DNA from: Promethearchaeota archaeon
Lineage (GTDB): Archaea; Asgardarchaeota; Lokiarchaeia; Sigyniarchaeales; SOKP01
Assembly: GCA_048939995.1 (NCBI GenBank)
Contig: JBHLOY010000009.1
Coordinates: 100,854 to 164,853, forward strand
Direction of reading: 5' to 3'
Length of the DNA: 64,000 nt
This document shows, piece after piece, positions 58,229 through 64,000 of the stretch. Below the pieces are notes generated by a model. It searched no databases. It was not told the origin of the DNA and saw only the letters and a program-made list of their open reading frames with translations. Made by a program: the position numbers and the translations under genes. Within the stretch, counting starts at the first letter, position 1. Each line of letters starts with the position of its first letter.

Positions 58229-59692
58229 ATGAGTGAATTCATTTGTGTGTTTGATGTTGGTACAACTGGGGCAAGAACAATAATATTTGACAGTAGTGGT
58301 AGTGAAATTGTTAAAGCTTATGAAGAATACCCCGTTGTGAAACAGTCAGTAGGAATTTCTGAACAAGATCCTATTATTTGGTGGAATGCAATAAAAAATA
58401 CTTGTAATAAAGTAGTCAAGAGTGATTTATTTGATCCTAATGATATCATTGGTATAGTACCAACCTATTCTCGATTAACTTTAACAATTATCGATAATGA
58501 GGGTAAAATATTATACCCTGGCTTAACTTGGATGGATGAAAGAGAAATCTCTGATACTAAAGCTTTAAAAGAAAAAGAAGGCTTGCGTAGAGCAATTCCA
58601 AAAGTATTATGGATTAAAAATGAAAGGCCAGATTTATTTAATAGGGCTTTTAAAATTATTTCTCTTGATTCATATACATATATGAAATTATGTGATAAGT
58701 TTGTTACAGATCCGACTATCGGAATTTATAGTTTTCTAAACTTAGAAACATTAAAATGGGACGAAGATCTTGCCGACTCATATAATATAAGTATAGATTT
58801 ATTACCTGAATTGCATACTCCTGGAGAAAAAGTGGGTGAATTATCGAGTATGGCAGCAGAAGAACTTGGACTAAATCAGAATTTACCGATTATATTAGGG
58901 GGTGGAGATCAACAATGTGCAGCACTAGGTTTAGGTGTTATTCATAGTGGAGAAGCAAAAATCACTACTGGAACTGGGATATTTGTTGATCTCATTGTTG
59001 ATAAACCAATCCCTAGTGTTGGAGATATACCCATTTTTTCTATACCACATGTTATAAAAGGTAAATGGTTAATTGAGGGTACAATGCCAGGAACAGGGAC
59101 AATGTTTAAATGGTTTAAAGATAACTTCTCTCAATGGCAGATTAACGAATGTGAACGACAAAATATTAATATCTATGATAGTTTAACGGCAGAAGCGGAA
59201 AAAGTTCCACCAGGTAGCGATGGACTATTATTTGTACCTCTTTATGTATTTAGAAAGGGCACAATTCATGGATTAGGTTGGAATCATACTCGAGCACATG
59301 TATCTCGCGCAATTATGGAGTCAGCTGCATTAAGTGCTCAAATGTACTTACAGCTTTTAGAAGGGATGGCAAAAGTGAAAAAGGCAGAGGTAGCAGTTGA
59401 TGGAGGTGGAATGAATAGTAGGATTTGGGCTCAAATGTTTGCGGATATTATAGAAAAAGATATTAAAGTTCCAGCGATTAAAGACGGAGCAGCATTAGGC
59501 GCAGCAATTCTAGGATTCTATGGGTGTAAAAAATATCAAAATATTGAACTTGCAATAGATAATATGGTGAAGTTCAATGATACTATAAGTCCAATTAGAG
59601 AAAATACAAAGATTTACAGAAAATTAAAAAGGCTATTTATGCCATTGGTACTTGAAACATTGAATAAAAAACGAGTGACAAAAGATCTATAA
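58229..59692 (+). CDS. FGGY-family carbohydrate kinase (xylulokinase/glycerol kinase-like)
   Basis: FDVGTTGAR, EQDP..WW, WMDER, PKVLWIK, GGGDQQCAALG, TTGTG, DGGG, AALGAA. Confidence 0.9.
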   Translation: MSEFICVFDVGTTGARTIIFDSSGSEIVKAYEEYPVVKQSVGISEQDPIIWWNAIKNTCNKVVKSDLFDPNDIIGIVPTYSRLTLTIIDNEGKILYPGLTWMDEREISDTKALKEKEGLRRAIPKVLWIKNERPDLFNRAFKIISLDSYTYMKLCDKFVTDPTIGIYSFLNLETLKWDEDLADSYNISIDLLPELHTPGEKVGELSSMAAEELGLNQNLPIILGGGDQQCAALGLGVIHSGEAKITTGTGIFVDLIVDKPIPSVGDIPIFSIPHVIKGKWLIEGTMPGTGTMFKWFKDNFSQWQINECERQNINIYDSLTAEAEKVPPGSDGLLFVPLYVFRKGTIHGLGWNHTRAHVSRAIMESAALSAQMYLQLLEGMAKVKKAEVAVDGGGMNSRIWAQMFADIIEKDIKVPAIKDGAALGAAILGFYGCKKYQNIELAIDNMVKFNDTISPIRENTKIYRKLKRLFMPLVLETLNKKRVTKDL

Positions 59693-59910
59693 ATTGTTCT
59701 TAATAATTTTTTTTCAATTTTTTCTAACTTTATGTTTGGAATCATTAATAATAGATGAAAAAAATTCACCAAAATCTCAAATTTATATATTCAAAACTGA
59801 AAAAAAACTACTTAGTTCTCATGAATTTTAATGTTTTTTCATTTTAGTAAAGTATTTTTTGAATCTTTTATTTCAAAAAATATTAACAAATTTTGAAAAG
59901 ATCTTCTTAC

Positions 59911-60747
59911 ATGCCTTATTTCATTAATAAAGAGGGTTATAAACTCTACTATGAGGATATCAATGGAGATAGTAAGGAAGAAACACAAGGAACTATAATT
60001 TTACTCCATGGATTTGCCTCTTCAGCATCATTTTTCAACAGTCAAATTGAGGTTCTAAGAAATAATTACCGAATAATCGCATTTGATGCATTGGGGCATG
60101 GTAGAAGTGACCATCCTAAAAAAGCGAACCTTTCAAAGAACATTAGGTATGAAATTATTCGCGATCTAGAAGACCTCCTAAATTATTTGAGTGTGGATGA
60201 AAAGTATGGAATTATTGGGCATTCTCTTGTTGGTGGAATGATTGCTCAATTGTTCTGCATGAAACACCCAAAAGATATAAGATTCCTTATTTTGTTAAAT
60301 TCTGGATACATCATGATTGATAATGTTATAAGGAATATATTTTACAATTTACTTCCATATTTCATTCGTATGAATTTTTTAGGGATAGTTTCTAATTCTA
60401 TTGACAATATTCTGGATAAGATTATTCCGTTTATTTTAGCCTCATTAGCAGAATCTATAAATGGTATGAAATTAACAAAAGATAAATTATGTATGTTAAT
60501 TGAAGACCAAATTTTTGGTATGATAAATGAAATGAAAGAGTATGATCCATCTGGCATAAAATGTCCAACACTTATTATAGGAGGACGACTGGATAATTTT
60601 GCTCCAGAACAAATGTCAGAAGAATTGCATAAAAAAATACCTAATTCTCAACTTGAAGTAATAGATATGGCAGGTCATTTTGCACCGGCTCAACGTAAAG
60701 ATGTAATTAATGAGTTAATATGTGATTTTATAAAAAGTCTTAAGTGA
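59911..60747 (+). CDS. Alpha/beta-fold hydrolase
   Basis: LLHGF, FDALGHGRS, GHSLVGG, PTLIIGGRLD, AGH. ATG 59911 (MPYF) preferred over TTG 59893. Confidence 0.85.
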   Translation: MPYFINKEGYKLYYEDINGDSKEETQGTIILLHGFASSASFFNSQIEVLRNNYRIIAFDALGHGRSDHPKKANLSKNIRYEIIRDLEDLLNYLSVDEKYGIIGHSLVGGMIAQLFCMKHPKDIRFLILLNSGYIMIDNVIRNIFYNLLPYFIRMNFLGIVSNSIDNILDKIIPFILASLAESINGMKLTKDKLCMLIEDQIFGMINEMKEYDPSGIKCPTLIIGGRLDNFAPEQMSEELHKKIPNSQLEVIDMAGHFAPAQRKDVINELICDFIKSLK

Positions 60748-60791
60748 ATATAATATAGAGATGCTCGTACTCTCATAACCGGGTAGTTATT

Positions 60792-61163
60792 ATGGATATA
60801 CTTCAAAATGATGAAAATACTTCAATTTCTTATTTCAAAAATCAAGTACAGGAATTTGTAAAAGATCGTAATTGGTCAAAATATCATTCTCCAAAAAATT
60901 TAATTCAAGCTTTGGGAATTGAAGTCTCAGAGTTATCTGAACTTTTCTTATTTAAAGATTTCAATTCAAATGATATAATTAAAAATAATGAATTATTAGA
61001 AGCTGTTTCCGGAGAAATAGCAGACGTTTTTATCTACTTAATTAGCCTTACTAATTCCTTAAATATAGATTTAACTTCCTCTTTTGTTAAAAAAATGAAA
61101 TTGAATGAAGAAAAATATCCTCCTGATGAATTTCATGATGGAACATATTATAAGAAAGAATAA
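60792..61163 (+). CDS. MazG-like nucleotide pyrophosphohydrolase (dCTP pyrophosphatase-like)
   Basis: FVKDRNWSKYHSPKNL..AL..EVSELSELF, GEIADVFIYL, KMKLNEEKYP. Confidence 0.9.
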   Translation: MDILQNDENTSISYFKNQVQEFVKDRNWSKYHSPKNLIQALGIEVSELSELFLFKDFNSNDIIKNNELLEAVSGEIADVFIYLISLTNSLNIDLTSSFVKKMKLNEEKYPPDEFHDGTYYKKE

Positions 61164-61244
61164 GTTAGAGTTATTTGATTACTAATAATCGGTATATAAA
61201 ATATATAATAAGATTTTTTATGCAAATTACTCTTTAATAATAAC

Positions 61245-62219
61245 ATGGTAAACAATCTTGAGGAGATAATTAAAAATCAACTAGATAAAACCTTAAAAGA
61301 AACAAATCTATCTGCTTTAGGGACCTTATATAGAGGAAAGGTCCGAGATAATTATATTAGAGACAATATCAGAATTATTATCGCAACTGATCGCTTATCT
61401 GCTTTTGATCGTGTTATAACAACGATCCCTTTTAAAGGACAGATGTTAAATCAAGTTTCTTCATTTTGGTTTGAGAGAACAAAAGATATCGTTAAAAATC
61501 ACTTGATTGATGTACCAGACCCTAATGTAGCCATAGTTCATCAGTGTGATTTAATACCCATAGAAATGATTGTAAGGGCTTATATTACTGGAACTGCATG
61601 GAGGAATTATGCGAAAGGAGTAGCAACTTCGGGTATCAAGCTCCCAGAAGGATTAAAACAAAATCAGAAATTAGATGAGCTCTTAATTACACCCTCAACT
61701 AAAGCAGAAGCTGGACACGATATCTATCTTTCGAAAAATCAAATCCTCAAAAATGAGTTAATTGAAAAAGAAATATATGAAGAAATGGAAGAAGCCGCAT
61801 TAAAGTTATTCATTTTTGGAGAAAAACATTGTAAAGACAATGGGCTTATTCTAGTTGATACAAAATATGAATTTGGCTTAAAGGATGGTGAATTATATGT
61901 GATTGATGAGATACATACTCAAGATTCTTCTCGATTCTGGATACTAGACACTTACGAAGAAAATTTTGAAAAAGGAAAAGATCCTGAGATTTTAGATAAG
62001 GAAATATTTAGAGGGTGGTTAATGGAAACATATCCCGATATATTTCCTGATATAAAACCTGATCAGGAGATCCCTCCCATTTCAGTGGATATTAAGATTG
62101 AATTGGCAAAAAGATACATGAGAAGTTATAAAAAAATAACTGGATTAGAATTTCAAGCTGAAGTGGCAAATGTAGAACAACGAATAATGAGAAATTTAAA
62201 ACAACGTAAATATATTTAA
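61245..62219 (+). CDS. purC: Phosphoribosylaminoimidazolesuccinocarboxamide (SAICAR) synthase
   Basis: YRGKVRD, TDRLSAFD, PIEMIVRAY, TPSTKA..GHD, LVDTKYEFG, DSSRFW, DKE. Confidence 0.96.
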   Translation: MVNNLEEIIKNQLDKTLKETNLSALGTLYRGKVRDNYIRDNIRIIIATDRLSAFDRVITTIPFKGQMLNQVSSFWFERTKDIVKNHLIDVPDPNVAIVHQCDLIPIEMIVRAYITGTAWRNYAKGVATSGIKLPEGLKQNQKLDELLITPSTKAEAGHDIYLSKNQILKNELIEKEIYEEMEEAALKLFIFGEKHCKDNGLILVDTKYEFGLKDGELYVIDEIHTQDSSRFWILDTYEENFEKGKDPEILDKEIFRGWLMETYPDIFPDIKPDQEIPPISVDIKIELAKRYMRSYKKITGLEFQAEVANVEQRIMRNLKQRKYI

Positions 62220-62286
62220 CCTTTTAGGAAAGAATTAAATATTATGACAAAAGATTTATATATTTTTAAAGGGTAATTTCTTTATT

Positions 62287-62487
62287 ATGTTTCATTTAAT
62301 ACTATTAATTGGCACATATGGACTCCTTATTGCAGCTTTTATTTTACTTTATATTGATTTAATCTCATCAAAAAAGTATCAAAACAAATCATTTGATGGT
62401 AAATTTCCTAAACTAACTAGAAATAGTGTGATAATGACCTTAGTTGCTATTGTTCTTTTAGTATTTATTAGCCTTGGGACTGTCTGA
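62287..62487 (+). CDS. Small two-TM membrane protein
   Basis: 66 aa; two hydrophobic helices around a basic loop; fills the purC-purS gap. Confidence 0.55.
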   Translation: MFHLILLIGTYGLLIAAFILLYIDLISSKKYQNKSFDGKFPKLTRNSVIMTLVAIVLLVFISLGTV

Positions 62488-62620
62488 TGAAGAAAGTTTA
62501 CCAAAATCAATCTAGTAGAAATATTTTAAAAAAGATTCAAAATATATCGCATTTTGTCGGTGATAATTATTTATAAATTAATAAAAATTATTTTAATTAT
62601 TATTCAACTTATTTTAAAAA

Positions 62621-62893
62621 ATGATTCCTTCAGAATTTATTGTTGAGGTTATATTAGAAAATAAACCTGCTGCAAGAGACCCAGTTGGAGAAACTATTAA
62701 AAGAGATTTACTTGCAAAAAAAGGTTATAACATGGTTTCCCATGTTCGAAGTGGCCAATATCTTCGATTTTATCTTACTGCCGAAAATGATAAGAAAGCT
62801 CGGGATATTGTGGAAGACTTATTAAATAAACTGAGAATTTTTAATCCTGTTACTCAAAACTTCAAAATCTTAAACTTAATTACAGAGAAATGA
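62621..62893 (+). CDS. purS: Phosphoribosylformylglycinamidine synthase subunit PurS
   Basis: KPAARDPVGETI, VRSGQY, IFNPV; overlaps purQ. Confidence 0.93.
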   Translation: MIPSEFIVEVILENKPAARDPVGETIKRDLLAKKGYNMVSHVRSGQYLRFYLTAENDKKARDIVEDLLNKLRIFNPVTQNFKILNLITEK

Positions 62894-63606
62894 TCAACAT
62901 GACCTTAAAGATTGCTGTTGTACAATTCGCGGGTGCTAATTGCGATTTAGATACTATACATGTTTTAAATAATGTTCTGAATGTAAAAACAGAATTAGTA
63001 TGGCATAACCACTTTAAAGAAGCTCATTATGACGGAGTCATATTACCAGGGGGATTTGCCTTTGGAGATTATTTGAGAGCAGGTATTATTGCTGCTCACA
63101 GTCCAGCTCTAGATCAGGCAAAGATTATGTTAAAGGATGGTAGACCTGTAATAGGAATTTGTAATGGATTTCAAATCTTAACTGAGGCTGAATTTCTTCC
63201 TGGTGCTTTATTAAAAAATGATTCACTTAAGTTTATATGTAAATGGGTTAATTTAAAGGTAGAAAATAATAAAACGGCTTTAACAAACAAAATGATGACT
63301 GGTGATATCTTAGATATTCCTATTGCACATGGAGAGGGTCGATATTTTACGGATAATATAAAAGAATTGGAAGAGAATGAGCAAATAGTATTTAGATACT
63401 GTAATGAGGATGGGGTAATAACAGGAGCTTCAAACCCTAATGGATCACTCGAAAATATCGCAGGAATATGTAATTTAGAACAAAATTGTATAGGACTAAT
63501 GCCTCATCCAGAACGAGCATCAGAATCAATTCTAAGTCCAAAAGCGACTACTCATGGAAGAATCCTTTTTGATTCGATGATTAATTTCATAAAGAAGAGG
63601 TTATAG
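62890..63606 (+). CDS. purQ: Phosphoribosylformylglycinamidine synthase subunit PurQ
   Basis: [47 protein letters not shown]. Confidence 0.97.
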   Translation: MINMTLKIAVVQFAGANCDLDTIHVLNNVLNVKTELVWHNHFKEAHYDGVILPGGFAFGDYLRAGIIAAHSPALDQAKIMLKDGRPVIGICNGFQILTEAEFLPGALLKNDSLKFICKWVNLKVENNKTALTNKMMTGDILDIPIAHGEGRYFTDNIKELEENEQIVFRYCNEDGVITGASNPNGSLENIAGICNLEQNCIGLMPHPERASESILSPKATTHGRILFDSMINFIKKRL

Positions 63607-63608
63607 TT

Positions 63609-64000
63609 ATGCCAAAAGTTAAAGTTGATAAAGATGAATTAAATGTAGATTTGACACCTTCTGAAATTCAGTGGATAAAAGATACTTTAAACAGAGAGCC
63701 TTCTATTACAGAATTAGGCATGTTTGATGTAATGTGGAGTGAACATTGTTCTTATAAATCTTCACGTCCCAAATTATCTTTATTTGAGGATGCTGAAAAA
63801 AATTATGATTATGTGTTGGCTGGTCCTGGACAAGATGCTGGAGTCATCGATATTGGAGATGGTTATGCTTTAGCTTTTCGAATTGAGTCTCATAACCATC
63901 CGTCTGCCATTGAACCTTACCATGGAGCTGCAACAGGGATAGGGGGGATAATAAGAGATATTCTATGTATGGGAGTACGACCTATTGCTTTATTAGATCC
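63609..64000 (+). CDS. purL: Phosphoribosylformylglycinamidine synthase subunit PurL, 5' part (runs off the window edge)
   Basis: Absent from the ORF track. From ATG 63609: ...[27 protein letters not shown]...[12 protein letters not shown]...[27 protein letters not shown]. Confidence 0.97.
   Translation, partial: MPKVKVDKDELNVDLTPSEIQWIKDTLNREPSITELGMFDVMWSEHCSYKSSRPKLSLFEDAEKNYDYVLAGPGQDAGVIDIGDGYALAFRIESHNHPSAIEPYHGAATGIGGIIRDILCMGVRPIALLD

Noticed and set aside
60748-60791. Two tiny hairpins (AGAG/CTCT and ATAAC/GTTAT) in a 44-bp gap as a structured RNA
   Set aside because: Stems of 4-5 bp are too short to distinguish from chance and match no RNA family I can recognise.

Overview
AT-rich (roughly 30% GC by eye), gene-dense archaeal chromosome segment. 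The Rab-like and Arf-like small GTPases, V4R protein, RadA, tRNA-splicing endonuclease, CdhA, PurS/Q/L and V/A-type ATPase together point to an Asgard archaeon, most likely Lokiarchaeia (inference from gene content). In order, it contains: the 5' end of cdhA; a decayed DUF1624-type gene; a co-oriented trio of longin-like/Arf-like GTPase fusion, V4R protein and Rab-like GTPase; an alpha-glucan cluster (GalT/HIT-like nucleotidyltransferase, NDP-sugar pyrophosphorylase, two GH57 branching enzymes, a catalytically degenerate phosphohexomutase); radA; MEMO1; endA; a complete V/A-ATPase operon (K-C-G-F-E-A-B-D-I) extended by a 2-TM zinc-ribbon gene and a second subunit A carrying an Arg-to-Pro change in GCGERGNE; DUF47 and two tandem VIT1/CCC1 transporters; a 2-hydroxyacyl-CoA dehydratase/activase set; GH13; glmS/SIS/glmM; an AGPS-like flavoprotein with an Fe-S partner and an FGGY kinase; purC/S/Q/L. 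No rRNA, tRNA, CRISPR array or mobile element was seen. The strongest candidates for new biology are the Arf-longin/V4R/Rab trio (all fold types of a TRAPP-like Arf-to-Rab switch), the probable pseudo-catalytic second ATPase subunit A, the V-ATPase/VIT1/DUF47 neighbourhood, and repeated apparent use of ATT/ATA start codons. All family calls come from motifs read by eye; no searches were run.
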